In this document: piece after piece, positions 24,343-37,794 of the stretch | Numbering within the stretch: the stretch's first letter is position 1 | Layout: each line of letters starts with the position of its first letter | Assembly (NCBI RefSeq): GCF_038025025.1 | Contig: NW_027117341.1 | Location: 186,001 to 250,000, forward strand | DNA from: Phyllosticta citribraziliensis | Taxonomy: Eukaryota | DNA length: 64,000 bases | Direction of reading: 5' to 3' | Made by a program: the position numbers and the translations under genes | Notes under the pieces: generated by a model | Told to the model about the DNA's origin: nothing | What the model saw: the letters and a program-made list of their open reading frames with translations, nothing else | Databases searched by the model: none

Positions 24343-27300
24343 ATGTCCGAGCAGACAAACAAGCCGCATCGCGCGGCCAAGGAGAAGAAGAAGGCCACTG
24401 GCGGTATGCATCGCTTTTGACGGTGGTGGATCCAGCGCTTACAAAATTTCTAGGACCAAACCCCAAGGCCTTTGCGTACGCTGCTCCCGGACGCCTCCAG
24501 AGGACGGCAGCGCGCTCTCACGATGTACGTCTGGCGCATACTGGTGGAGATTGAGGGCCATACTGACACTTCTCAGGTCAAGGAAAAGCGTCTCCACGTC
24601 CCTCTGGTGGACCGCTTGCCAGAGGAAGCGCCACCTCTTGTCGTCGCCGTCGTTGGACCTCCTGGAGTATGGACATCACAGCTCGAGTTCTGCCCATATG
24701 CTTACGATATTAGGTCGGCAAAACCACACTCATCAAGTCCCTCATCCGCCGCTACACCAAGCAAACCATTTCGCAACCGGCCGGTCCTCTCACCGTCGTC
24801 ACCTCCAAGCGCCGCCGTCTTACCTTTATCGAGACTCCCGCCGACTCGCTCGCCGCCATGATTGACATCGCCAAGGTCGTCGACATTGTTCTGCTCATGA
24901 TTGACGGCAACTACGGCTTCGAGATGGAGACAATGGAGTTTTTGAACGTGCTGAGCTCAACGGGAATGCCGGGCAACGTCTTTGGCATCCTGACACATTT
25001 GGATCTGTTCAAGAAGCAAAGCACGCTCAAAATCCAAAAGAAGAGGTTGAAGCACAGGTTCTGGAGCGAGCTGTACCAGGGCGCCAAACTGTTCTATCTT
25101 TCCGGGGTCATGAACGGCCGATACCCTGATCGCGAGGTCCTGAACTTGTCGAGATTCTTGTCTGTCATGAAAAACCCTCGTCCGCTCGTCTGGCGCAATT
25201 CGCACCCCTACTGCATCGCCGATCGCTTCTTGGACATTACGCCGCCGACTGCGATGGAGGAGAACCCCAAGTGCGACAGGACTGTCGCGCTCTACGGATA
25301 CCTAAGAGGGACAAATTTTCCAGCACAAGGCGCACAAGTACACGTGCCAGGTGTTGGCGATTTGAAAGTCTCAATGATTGAGCAGCTGCCGGACCCGTGC
25401 CCGACTCCCCACCAGGACCAACAAATGGCGAAAGTATCCGGCAAGACGCATCGGCGAAGACTGGGAGAAAAGCAAAAGCTTCTTTTTGCACCCATGTCAG
25501 ACGTCGGTGGCGTGTTGGTCGACAAGGACGCCGTCTACATCGACGTGAAAAACAGAACTTTTGACCCAGACGACAATATCGAGGACAAGGGTCTGGGAGA
25601 GCAGATGGTCATCGGCCTGCAAGGCGAGAGAAAACTGCTCGGCGAAGCAGAAAAGGGGCTGAAGCTGTTTAGCAATGGCGAGGTTGTTGACAGAGCTGCC
25701 CAAGACGACACAAACGACACGGGAAGGAAAACCCAGCGTCAGGCACGATTGGCCAGCAAGGTGGAAGAAGTGGACGACGACGATGAAGATCTGGGCAGCG
25801 ATGATGAAGAGGAGGAAGCACCAGAAGAGGACGACGAGGATGATAATGGCTACGTCGAGGGCGAAGGCATATCAGAGGCACGGCTAGGTCGCATGTTCAA
25901 AAAGGACGACGAAAAAACAGCCAACGGCACCGACGACATTGCTTTTGCCGACAGCGACTCGGATCTGGGTTCCATGTCATCAGTGGACGACCAGGAGCTC
26001 GAGGACGGCGAAGACTTTGATTCCGAGGACGAAGACGAAGACGGCGAAGTGAGATGGAAAGACAACCTCGCTGACCATGCAAGAAAATTGCACGGCCGCA
26101 AGCGACCATACCGGACCGCAGAACTCGCCCGCTTAATTTACAATGACGACCTGGCTCCATCCGAAGTCTTGCGAACATGGCGAGGCGAGGACAATGAGGA
26201 GCACGAGGATGAGGATGAGGAGGAGGACGACGAGCTTTTCAAAAAGGTTGCGAATGAAGCAGAGGAAGAGCAAGAAGACCGTCCGATTCCTCAGTACGAC
26301 TACGAGGCTCTCGAGCAAAAGTGGAAGGACGAAGAGAACCTCGAAGCGCTTCGTCGCCGATTCGCATCGTCAAGCCTCCTCAAGGGCCAAGATGGCGAAG
26401 CAGGCTCTGATGAAGAATTTGACGGCTTTGATGGGGAGGACGAGGATGAAGACGACGAGGGCGACGGCGAGTTTGAGGATCTCGAAACCGGGGAGAAGCA
26501 CGGCGGAGATGAGGAAGAGGAAGATGCAGACGAAGAAGGCAAGCTGGAAGCAGAGCGAGAGAAGAACGCTCGGAAAAAGGAAGAGCTCAGGCTTCGGTTC
26601 GAAGAAGAAGACCGCGATGGCTTTGGCCAGAACAAGGGAGGGGACAAGGCAGAGGAGCAAGAGTTTGGCGAGGACGACTGGTACGATGCGCAAAAGGCGG
26701 CCATCCAGAAGCAGCTGGACATCAACCGCGCCGAGTTTGACCAACTGGACGACCAGTCTCGCGTCCGGGTCGAAGGCTACAAGGCTGGCACCTATGCACG
26801 CATCGTGCTCGAGGAGGTCCCTTACGAGTTTTCGGCAAACTTCAACCCTCGCTTTCCCATCATTGTCGGCGGCCTCACACCTACGGAACAGCGCTTTGGC
26901 TTTGTGCAAGTGCGTATCAAGCGTCACCGGTGGCACAAGAAGATTCTCAAGACCAACGACCCCCTCATCTTCTCCCTCGGCTGGCGGAGATTCCAGTCGA
27001 CACCAGTGTACAGCATTTCGGACTCCCGAACGCGAAACCGCATGCTCAAGTATACTCCTGAGCACATGCATTGCTTCGGCACCTTCTGGGGACCGCTGAT
27101 TGCACCCAACACTGGCTTCTGCTGCGTCCAGTCATTTTCCAACAAGAACCCTGGTTTCCGCATTTCAGCCACCGGAGTGGTTTTGAACGTTGACGAGAGC
27201 GTGGAGATTGTCAAGAAGCTCAAGCTCACGGGTCACCCGTACAAGATTTTCAAGAACACGGCCTTCATCAAGGACATGTTCAGCACGACTCTGGAGATTG

Positions 27301-28001
27301 CCAAGTTTGAGGGAGCCAGCATCCGCACAGTGTCTGGAGTCCGGGGTCAGATCAAAAAGGCGCTCAGCAAGCCCGAGGGCCACTTCCGCGCCACATTCGA
27401 AGACAAGATCCTCATGAGCGACATTGTGTTTTTGCGAGCGTGGTACCCAATCAAGCCGCACCGATTCTACAATCCGGTGACCAACCTGCTCGACATGGCT
27501 GGACAAGCAGAGAAGGGCGAGGACGGCGAGTGGAAGGGCATGCGGCTGACGGGAGAGGTGCGGCGCGATCAGGGGATTCCGACACCGCTGGACAAGAACT
27601 CGGCGTACCGGCCAGTGGATCGCCAAGAGCGGCATTTCAACCCGCTGCGAGTGCCCAAGAAGCTGGCGGCGGAGCTGCCGTTCAGCTCGCAGCCGGTGCG
27701 GATGGGCAAGCAGAAGAAGGAAACATACCTCCAGAAGAGGGCGGTGGTGGCGGGCAAGGAGGAGAAGACGGCGCGCGACCTGATGCAGAAGGTCATGACG
27801 CTGCGCAACGAAAAGGTGGCCAAGCGACATGCGGCGCAGGAGAAGCGGCGGGAAGGATACCGCAAGAAGGTGGCGGAGAACGAAGAGAAGCGGGCGGAGC
27901 GGGAGAAGCGCGAAAAGGCCGACTATTGGGCGCGCGAGGGCAAGAAGCGCAAGCCTGAGGATGGAGGCGGAGGAAGGGGTGGGAAAAGGGGCAGGCATTG
28001 A
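24343..28001 (+). CDS. BMS1: Ribosome biogenesis GTPase Bms1
   Basis: Spliced N-terminus [10 protein letters not shown]...NPKAFA...[65 protein letters not shown]. Confidence 0.97.
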
Positions 28002-28662
28002 ATGTCCTGATGTATATTTGTTTTGCGCGTTTCAGTTGTTTCTTCACGTCTGTCGATCCGGGGGCGGTCGAGCGGTCGAGCGGCGAGAGGCGAGAGGTGA
28101 GGAGCTCGTTCTCGACAGCGGGCGGAGACAGCTGCAGGCATTTCCCGGCGTTGGGCGCGTGCATGAAGGGGCCAAAACATGTCAGTAGTTACAGTATAGA
28201 GATGCAGTTGAGAGTCCCAACCTAACGCCCCGTGTAAGAGTCGCATCAGCTGACTTCGTGGCGGCGACGAGACGTCGAGTCTGTCTTTGTCCCTCGTCGT
28301 CGACGGCCGGTTGCATCCATCCATCCATCAATCAATCAATCAATCAATTCGGCGCATCCCCGCATGTTCAACCCTCGCAGCTGGCCCGACCCGCCCGCAA
28401 GGACGTGAGCGTGTCCAGGTCGGTCCCATCGGTCTTCTCTTCGCACCTCACCAGCTCCGCTGAGGTGCGCACAGGGAGCCCACCTCAGGTCCAAGTGCAC
28501 GCGCGCGCTTCCCGCCGCCCACCTCACCGTCACAAGACGCCAAATCCACCGCTCAACCTGCTTGGCTGCACTGCACCTTGTTGACCCGCGCCCGCGCCCG
28601 CGACCGCGACCGCGACTCTTACCCTGCCCATCCATTCAACCCCATCCCACCTCACTGCCGCC

Positions 28663-30596
28663 ATGGAGACTGTGGCCTCGCTCGAGTTTGAGCGCGCCGC
28701 CGCCCACCACGTCGCCGCCGCGTCACCTCCCCCTCCGCTGCCACCGGTATCCGTACGCCCTGCAGTGAGCTTGGCTGCACGAGCTCCCTCCGTGTCGTCG
28801 CCCCATCACCCCGCAACTTACAAGACTATCGGTATGCCCCCCCCAGCGCTTTTGGTTTTCTGTCCATCGCGTCGAGCTAACGCGTCGCAGCCGGCACGAG
28901 CCACCCGAGCGCGTCGCAAGAGAGCCAACTATCCGCCTCGAGCACCACCAGCGCTGCGCCACGTCTGCTGTCATCGCAGTCCAACGTGTCGACCGACTCC
29001 ATTCCAGAAACCGAATCAACGAGCCCGGCCACCTCCAACGTGTCTACCCAAATTGACCCATCCAAGCCCGTCGTCGCCACCCTTGGCGCAAGCGCGCCCG
29101 TGCAGAGACCCGGCGCGCTCGACACCTGCATAACGCCCCGAAAACAAACCACCCTCCAGCATGATTCTTCGCCGCGGAGCGCCGCCGGAAGTCCCATGGC
29201 CATCGACACGCCGCCCACGTCGCGCGGCGCGAAGCGGACCGCCAGCGGCCTCATCAAGCCGCCGACCAGCGCCTACGGGGGCACCGAGACGGGCGCGTCG
29301 AGCGCCGCCCACTCGAGAAACACCAGCACCGAGTCCGGCCTGAGCAGGATTGGCAAGGTAGGAAGCCTGCGTCGACGCGTCTTTTTGGCTCAATTGACAC
29401 GTCGTTGCAGTTGTCTGCCGAACTCAAGACGCGTCTTTCGTACGCCATGATAAAGGTCCAGAACGGCTGGGAGCAAAAGTCGTTTGACGAGCTCGAGACG
29501 GTCGCCTCGCAGAGAAACTCGCCCGCCGTCCAGACGCCCACGTTTGCGAGGACCATCGCGTCGCCGCGGGGTGCCGATTCCAGGAGGCAGAGCGCCCATT
29601 CTGCCCCTGAAGCGTACGCGGCCTCTCCTGGTCACGGGAGCCCCCTCAACAACATCTCGCGTTCATATTCCGCCAGTTTCCCCAGTAAGTGACTCAATCG
29701 TTGGCATGCTGACAATGTGCTGACGGCGCATTGCAGACTCAGCATCCCGCAACGACAAGACGCGTCCGACGACTTCATCAAGCAACGATTCCTCAACTCC
29801 GTCGCTTGCACCTTCAGTCGACATTTCTCCCAAGCGCCACCGCCGCTCCACGTCGAACCGTCCGCCTCCAAAACTCGGCACATCCCAGCAAAGACCGCAG
29901 CCGCACCCAGCAGCCTACCCAACCACGCCCACCGGCAAGTTCCAGGGCCCGTCACGTGCACATCAGCGAAACCACTCGCACTCTCCCTACCCTCAGCCCA
30001 ATCAGACTCACACCCCGACGCCTCGCCAAGGCCAGTTGCAGCCACGCCCTGCTGGCATCCTCCGCATGCCGAGCCAGCAGGCGGAAATGGATGCGGTAGA
30101 TAGCTTGCTCTTCATGAGCAGTCCGAACAACTCGGCGCATTTTGCTCAGCAGCAGAATCTCGGTGGTATGAGTGCGCTTCGGCCTGAGGCCGCCGGTGGA
30201 TCGGCAGTCAAGCGCGTAGCTTTTGATGAAGCCAGGAGAGGGAGAGGAAGTGGCTATGGTGCGGTTGAAGGCGAAGCGTACGGCAAAGCAGGAGCTGGCG
30301 TGGACGTCGACATGGCGATGGAGATGGAGCCTGGGGACGACGTGAAAGTGAACGGAAGCAAGAGAAGCCAAGAGATCACGGGGAGAGACGGGCAACAAAA
30401 CGAGCGGGCAGACGCAAAGGCGGAAAGAAGGAGAGAAGAAGAAGAGGTCGCCAAGGATTGGGCGAGCGTCGTCGGATCTGCGACAGCAGACAAGAAAGGG
30501 AGCGCCATCCCGGCCCAACCCACAGCTCATACCCCGGTACCGGCTCCTCTCCAGGTGAACGGACGCGCGGATAGTGCCAGCGCGAGTAGTGGGTAG
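28663..30596 (+). CDS. Whi5/Nrm1-like G1/S transcription repressor (GTB motif); 4 exons
   Basis: LSAELKTRLSYAMIKVQNGW (GTB motif) and C-terminal AEMDAVDSLLFMSSP; many S/T-P sites; introns at about 28832-28890, 29358-29410 and 29686-29736 keep the frame. Confidence 0.85.
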
Positions 30597-32350
30597 GTCG
30601 CGTCAGATGGCCAGATCTTCTGCCAAGTGGCAAGGGAAGACCCAAGACCAGACGGACCGGACCGCTCCCGTCCGTACCGCACCGCCTGGGTGTCATACGT
30701 TGACCGGGGAGGCGGGCAAGGGAGAATGGAGAAGCAGCGTCACTACTCTCTGACAGTCTCAACTGACTCCATCCCTGCTGTCCGCGCTCCCCAGCTCGTC
30801 TGGTCTGCCCTCCAACTCGGCGCCGCTCACCTCGTGGGAGGACCATGTCAGGAGACACGGGGCGAGCTGGAGCCCGCAACCTGGCACTCTCATGAAGAGT
30901 CCAGGACCAACAGTGCTAGACAGAAGCGCGTCTGCCCACGTGCGCTTCCCCTGGAGCAGACGGGCTGTGTGGCACACGTACAAAATCAACATGGAACTGC
31001 ATCCGCATTACTCGCATCAGCAAACCGCAATCACTCAAGCAAGCAAGCGCCGCAGCACAAAAAGCACAAAGCACAAAGCACAGCGAAGCATCAGCATTTC
31101 CTCGACGCGTGGATTCATTCATCCTTTTCATCTTTTTTCGTCTTCTATTTCTCTTTCTTACCCTGGGATCGTTTGCGCGGCTGGCTTGCTTTCCATCAAT
31201 TGGCTGGATTCCCTTTTGGCGGCGCGTGGGCGGGCTTTTGGATCTTGACTCTCGCCTCTCTCGTTCATCACCTTTCGCTACGGTCTCCGGCCGCTTCGTC
31301 TGCATCGCCCGCCCTGTTGGGGCTCTGGTCTCTACTCAAGGGTTTCGGTTCGGTTCTGTTTTGGGAACGGCTGGGAGAGATTGGGGCTGGGCTGGGCGCC
31401 TCGCCTCGAGTCTGCCTGGTGGACGAGGTGGACTGTGGAGTGGAGGCGCGGTTAGACAGGGGTACGCGGGTGAGGGGTTGGTGGGCACGGCAGGGGGTTG
31501 GGGTTGGGATGGGCACCACCGCTTCGGCAACCGGGAATAGATTATGGAAGGAGTATTGCTACAACTGGAGCACCTTGCTGGGCATGCTTTGCTTTGCTTT
31601 GCTTGCTGTAGACGTGAAGTCCCGTGTCTACCGCCAGATAGAATGCCTGCTGGGCCACGGACGAGTCTCTCCAGCCCCTGAAAGAGCCGTCCCTACTGGC
31701 TGCCGTCCAGCAGCCGTACCGCCAGATGAGGGCAGACAGACGTGTGGACAGTGGAATGCAAGCGACCCCTGTCTGTCTGCTCCTCCGGTCCGGGCGAAAC
31801 GACAGTCGAACCTCGGGCCCGCGCGGAGACCGCTCGGGGGGGAGCCGACGATCACAGATGCAGCGCATATCATTACGCAAGGCCAGTGGCAGCGCTGTCG
31901 TTGCTAAGCTTGACGTATGGCGCTGCTTGCGAGTGATTAGTATGCCGTTGATTGGCGGGATGCGAGTGTTTTGCGGTATGGAAAGGCGGTGGTGCTGACT
32001 GGGCGTGTTGTAAAGCGGAAATGCAGCGCTGACGTCACGGCATCATCCCACACCACTCCCTGGATGCACCACCATCGACCTTCTTCCTGTGTCGACTCTC
32101 GGAGCCTTCACGGCCCACGCACCCTTGCCGGGCTCCCCCAGACCAGCACAAGGCAATCTGGGCCCCAGCTCCACCGCTCCGCGTCTTCCATTAAGCCGGC
32201 CGAGCCCACCGTCATAGCTCTTTTGTACCACCCCTCCCCGTCTTCTTCTCCACGACCCTCTCTGTCCCTTTTTTATTTTATTTTCCCACACCTCCCCTCT
32301 CCACTCTACCCGACGGCTCGCGTGCGCGTAGCTTACCTCCCGTCGCAACC

Positions 32351-34034
32351 ATGGCCGCGTCTGCGCTTCTGAGGAGCAGAGTCCGGAGGCCGTCGTACCT
32401 CAACAAGCTCACCAAGGCCGAAAATCTGATTGACCTGTTTCCGCACAACTCGTACATCGGCTGGTCCGGATTCACGGGTGTCGGATACCCCAAGTAAGCC
32501 TTCTCCTGGCCTCCAATGGCACGCAGTGACTCACAGACGTCCGCAGAAAAGTTCCCACCGCTCTCGCCGATTACGTCGAGAATAATGGACTGGAGGGCAA
32601 GCTCAAGTACAACCTGTTTGTGGGCGCGTCGTCGGGCGCCGAGACGGAGAACCGCTGGGCGCGCCTCAACATGATTGAGCGCCGGTCGCCGCATCAGGTC
32701 GGCAAGGAGATTGCCAAGGGCATCAACAACGGCAACATCAAGTTCTTCGACAAGCACCTGTCCATGTTCCCCGTCGACCTCATGTACGGGTGGTACACGC
32801 GGGACCGGCCCAACAACAAGATCGACGTGGCCATCATCGAGGCGAGCGCCATCACCGAGGAGGGCGGCATCATCCCCGGCGCGTCGGTGGGCGCCAGCCC
32901 GGAGCTCATCCAGATGGCCGACAAGGTCGTCATCGAGGTCAACACGGCGGCGCCCTCGTTCGAAGGGCTCCACGACATCACCATGACCGACCTGCCGCCG
33001 AACCGCAAGCCGTACCTCATCATGGCGCCCGAGGACCGCATCGGCACGCCGTACATCCCCGTCGACCCGGAGAAGGTCGTCGCCGTCGTCGAGTCCGACT
33101 ACCCGGACCAGACGCAGCCCAACTCGCCCGAGGACGAGACGTCGCAGAAGATTGCCTCCAACCTGATTGAGTTCCTCAAGCACGAGGTTAACCACGGCCG
33201 TCTGCCGCAGAACCTGCTCCCCATCCAGAGCGGCATTGGCAACATTGCCAACGCCGTTGTCGGCGGCCTCTCGGTTTGTGCCGCTACCCCTGACACACGA
33301 CACCGCATGCTAACAATCGCCAACAGAAGGGCGGCGCCGACTTCAAGAACCTCAAAGTCTGGACCGAAGTCCTCCAAGACTCGTTCCTCGACCTTTTCGA
33401 CAGCGGCAACCTCGACTTCGCGACGGCCACCAGCATCCGCTTCTCGCCCGACGGCTTCAAGCGCTTCTACGACGGCTGGCAAGAGTACTCGCCCAAGCTG
33501 CTGCTGCGCTCGCAGCAAGTGTCCAACTCGCCCGAAATCATCCGGCGGCTGGGCGTCATCGGCATGAACACGCCCGTCGAAGTCGACATCTACGCGCACG
33601 CCAACAGCACGTGCGTCATGGGCTCGCGCATGCTGAACGGGCTGGGCGGCTCGGCCGACTTTTTGCGGTCGTCCAAATACAGCATCATGCACACGCCGTC
33701 GACGCGGCCCTCCAAGACCGACCCCACGGGCGTGTCGTGCATCGTGCCCATGTGCACGCACGTCGACCAGACCGAGCACGACCTCGACGTCGTCGTGACG
33801 GAGCAAGGGCTCGCCGACGTGCGCGGCCTGTGCCCGCGCGAGCGCGCCCGCGTCATCATCGACAAGTGCGCGCATCCGGACTACCGCCCCATCCTGCTCG
33901 ACTACTTTGAGCGCGCCGAGTATGAGTGCCTCCGCAAGGGCATGGGCCATGAGCCGCATTTGCTGTGGCAGGCGTTCAACATGCACAAGAACCTTGCGGA
34001 GAAGGGCACCATGAAGATTGATAGCTGGGAGTGA
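32351..34034 (+). CDS. ACH1: Acetyl-CoA hydrolase / acetate CoA-transferase
   Basis: [16 protein letters not shown]...[48 protein letters not shown]; 3 exons. Confidence 0.97.
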
Positions 34035-35173
34035 TGGGTTGAGTGAGTAGAGAGGAGAGGAGAGGAGGAAACTTTCTCGTTGTTGTTTGTACAAAGCATG
34101 GCTGGCTGGACGGACGGGGGGCATACTGGCGTGTTTGGCGCATTTGCGGGTGGGGCGGGCGGGCGGGCGACTTGCCGTTGCCGTTGCCGTCACAGAAGAG
34201 GCACGCACGATGCTTGCTTGCTTGCCCTCTTCCTCTACTGTAGGTACGGTACGTATTTTGACAAAATGGAAAAATTTCTGAAATTGCCATCGACGCGTTG
34301 GGTCGTGTGTCTATGCTATGCCTCGCGATTATTGTGCTTCTTTTGCATGCCACCGACCACTGCCGCAGAGCCAGCCACCCATCATCCCATGGCCATCCAC
34401 AGCCGTCGTCGTGTCGTCTCCCCTCGCCGCCTGCGTTTGCTGGCCAAGACGAAGCTACCTTACATAGCTATAGCTGCCTTAGCCGTGCTCTTCTCGCTGC
34501 GCCTCCCTCGCTCGCTCCCTTCGCTCGTCCACGTCCTCCACGTCCTGCGTGCCTTTTCTGCAGCAGTCCGATCTCCATCCATCCCTTCGGTCAGTCAGCT
34601 GGTGCGGTGTTGGGCGAGAAGAGGCTCAGCGAGCGTCGACGCACGATCGGATGGATGCAGTTCCTGGCTCTGGGTCGAGTGCTAGGGACGCGGCGGCGCT
34701 GCTGGCTGGCAGCCTTGTTCGTCTGGTTTGATTGAGGTCGTGGGACGTCGAATGTCGAGTATCGAGTGCAGCGTAGACTCGGATAACTGCCGTAGTCGTG
34801 TAGCAGCGGGCAAGGAGGCGCAGCCAGGGATGCTCTGAGGCGAGGGTGCGTGGTTACGGCGATGTGATTGAGGTGTAGTCGCAGAAGAGGGCGGTCGACG
34901 CGTTTGCCAACGCGCTCCGAGAGAAAGGCAAACCAGCAGCAAGCATGCAAGCGCTGTGACGGTACCCAGGCGCGACAAGTTCCGGCTCAGGTGAAAGGAG
35001 AGCCGCACGGCAGGCTGACAGCGGCGCAAGGCCTTTCCGGTATCCGTGGCTGTCCTATCATTGATAGATGCCTTCTCTTCCACGTCTGCTCATCTTCTCG
35101 TACCGTCTCTCCAACGTTTCGACGCATCCACTGCAGATCCAATATCAGGGCTGCAAACCGCATGCTGCGCTCC

Positions 35174-36674
35174 TCACCTCCCACGGCCGCGCTCTCCTCT
35201 GCCACCGCCTCTCTCGCTGCCAACTCCCACCTCGACCTCAATCTCGTACTCCTCCTCCTCGTCCTTGAAGTATGATCCCACCGTCCTCTGCTCGTCCCTC
35301 GCGCGTCCCGGGTCCAGCATGAAGCGCACCGTGCCGCCGAGGCCGCGCTGGCCGATGCCAGCACCGGCGCCAGACGCTGGAACGGGCGGCACAGATTCCG
35401 CCCTGTTGTCGGCGATCGACGAGGGCGTGTTGGCGCCGTTTGTGCTCGACGCGTTCTTGTTCGCTCCGTTGGTCGCGTTCGCTTTGGCGGATTTGCTGAC
35501 CCCGTCGTTCTTGTCGGCGGCGGTGTCGTTTGCGGGCTTGGGAGAGGCGGGGCTCGGCGTGGGCGTGAAGCGCGGCAGGTGCTTGGCGCTGGCTTCTTGG
35601 TTGAGCACGATGCGCACGTTGATGTATGTGTCGAGCAGGTAGTTGGGGCCGATGAGGCTGTTGACGCGGTGGTGCGTGTAGAGGTCGAGAAGGTCGAGCA
35701 TGGTTTCTGAGCGGCAGATGTTTGTTAGCAAGACAAGCGTTGCGAGCAGTGGGGGAGGGCGCACCCATCACTTCAGCGCGCGTGACATGCCAGCGCGAGT
35801 AGCCTAGGTGTTCTTCAGTGATAAAGGTCATGTTTGCGTCGTGTAGTCGCGCCGCCAGCTCGACACAGGCAATGGCCATGGCAGGCGTGGTCTGTTTGAG
35901 CGGCGCAAATGTCCGGTACAGATCTAGAGACATGAGGTAGGCCGTGCGACCCACATTCTCCTTTGCGAATGCACATTTCCGCGTCAGCTTGATGACGAGC
36001 TTCTGCGGCTGCCGATTTCGAAAGTCAAAGCCGGCCGCCTCGAGCATCAGGCGCTCGAGTCCGATGATGACTTTGGAAGGCTGCTCCAGTTGCTGTGGGG
36101 GCATAAGTTAGTAGGCGGGGCAGCAGGTTCGAGCAGCATGCGACACTCACGGGATCGTCTGGTGAAAGATGCTCAGAGGGGGAGAGCTTGAGATTGAAGG
36201 ACGCGCAAATGATTTCCTTTGACTTTTTGAGGGTGTCTTCGATCTTGCATGCCGTGAACAGGGCCGCTAGCGAGGCTTCCTGTGAGGCCGTCAGAATCAC
36301 ATCAGTCGGAGCAAACGCACAAACAGACGTACATGCAGATTGTACTCGCTGTCCGAGTGAAGCAGACGGAACTTGTGGTAGTAGACGCATGCTGTGTTAA
36401 AGGTCCGCACCGGGCTGCAGAGAGTCAGATGACAAGGCCGAGTTCGAAACAAGTCGGTGATTGAGACTCACAGCTGGAGCGCTTTTCGTACGTCGTCGAT
36501 GAGTTTGACGCCTTGTAGTCTGATTCCATCTTCTTTGGCCTCGGTCATGCCAATGATGGCCAGGTAGTGCTCAATCTTTTGCTGGAAGATGTAGGGCTTG
36601 GCGACCTCGATGAAGGACGGATGAGGGACCGGATGGCCATTTGGCGCCGTCAGCGACGGGGGCGCGGGAACCAT
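35174..36674 (-). CDS. CTK2: Cyclin, RNA Pol II CTD kinase beta subunit (Ctk2/cyclin K-like); multi-exon
   Basis: PHPSFIEVAKPYIFQ...EDGIRLQGVKLIDDVRKALQL, AALFTACKIEDTLKKSKEI, IGLERLMLEAAGFDFR, DLYRTFAPLKQ, GTVRFML. Confidence 0.85.
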
Positions 36675-37439
36675 GGCCGAGTATGTGGAGAGAGAGCGTG
36701 GGAAGTGTTGATCAGAGCCTCCGGGGCAGCTGTGGAGGCTCTTGGGTTGTCTCCGGTCCGGGTTGTGGTGTTGCAGATGCACGGGCAGGCGGGAGGTTGG
36801 ATTTTATTGGCTGCAACACGATCCCTGCTCGCCCTTCGCTCCTTCGATTCTCCGTTCCGCCTCTTGTTGACATCAACACCCAACACTAAACACCCGTCCT
36901 CTCCTTTGCACGCTGAGAGCATTTTTCTCGTCCTTTCTCTCGTGAAGCCGACAACGGCGACAGAGCTCTGATGGCGACATGCTCGCAAGGCTCCTTTGCC
37001 CTCAAGGTTCAAGCCGCCGCCGGCAAAGAAGATACATGACAATTCTGCGCCATCCCCGGAAGTGTACAAGCATCATCACTTGAAACTTGCATCTTTCGAC
37101 AGCTGGAGCCTTTGAAAACTGGAAAAAGTTGAATTTGCTGACAACGCCGTGTCTTCACCGTCCTCTGATGTCACCGAAGGCCCATTTGAAGCATTTTTTC
37201 GACCTGCATCCTACCAAGCTGGATTTTCAAAACTCAAAATCTGTCTGTCGATTGGGAAACACACTGCTTGACCACCACTGGTTCTTACTCACAGGATCAA
37301 TTCATGTCTGACATTCGTCCCAACGCTCCTCTCGCTCGCCGGTTCCATGCCGTCATTCAACAATGACCGTGCTTCGCTACCACTCTTAAGATGCAAAGAC
37401 AAAAGAAAAAGCAGCCCTGCAAAAAGTTTGCAGTCTATT

Positions 37440-37521
37440 TAGATCGGCTAGGAATCGAACCTAGGACTTGCGGCGGGAGCGACTGTAGCCGCGGCACATG
37501 TTACCACTACACCACCGACCA
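37440..37521 (-). tRNA. tRNA-like Pol III gene with atypical anticodon arm (possible ACA anticodon or pseudo-tRNA)
   Basis: Minus strand TGGTCGG TG GTGT AGTGGTA ACAT G...CTAGG TTCGATT CCTAG CCGATCT A: A box, B box, perfect T stem, 6 acceptor pairs, and TTTTT about 15 nt downstream. The anticodon arm does not fit canonical spacing. Confidence 0.7.
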
Positions 37522-37794
37522 TAAACGTTTGGCGATTGCTGCTGTTGGTACAGTAGCAACCGTGCCAAATTATATATGCAAGAAAAGTCCAGCGTCTTCT
37601 ACTCCCTGCTTTGTGATCGCATCTCCATGCACTTCAGCAAATCGCCTACGGGTTTCTAGGTACAACGACGCAGGTTTGCGCAAAACATGCGCGACTACTA
37701 ATACAATCCTGCAGCCGCAGGTGGTTTTCCTGGCCCCCTTCTAGCCTGGATTCGATCAAAGTGCTTTTGAATCCTTCCACCGGATTGTTTGAAA

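Noticed and set aside
30627..31907. 426-aa ORF downstream of the Whi5-like gene
   Set aside because: GTG start, runs through SSR-rich 3' UTR-like sequence, no motifs or coding-like composition.
37484..37492. Reading the tRNA-like gene as a CTA amber suppressor or as Gly-CCC
   Set aside because: Neither places U33 and a purine 37 inside a pairable 5-bp anticodon stem.
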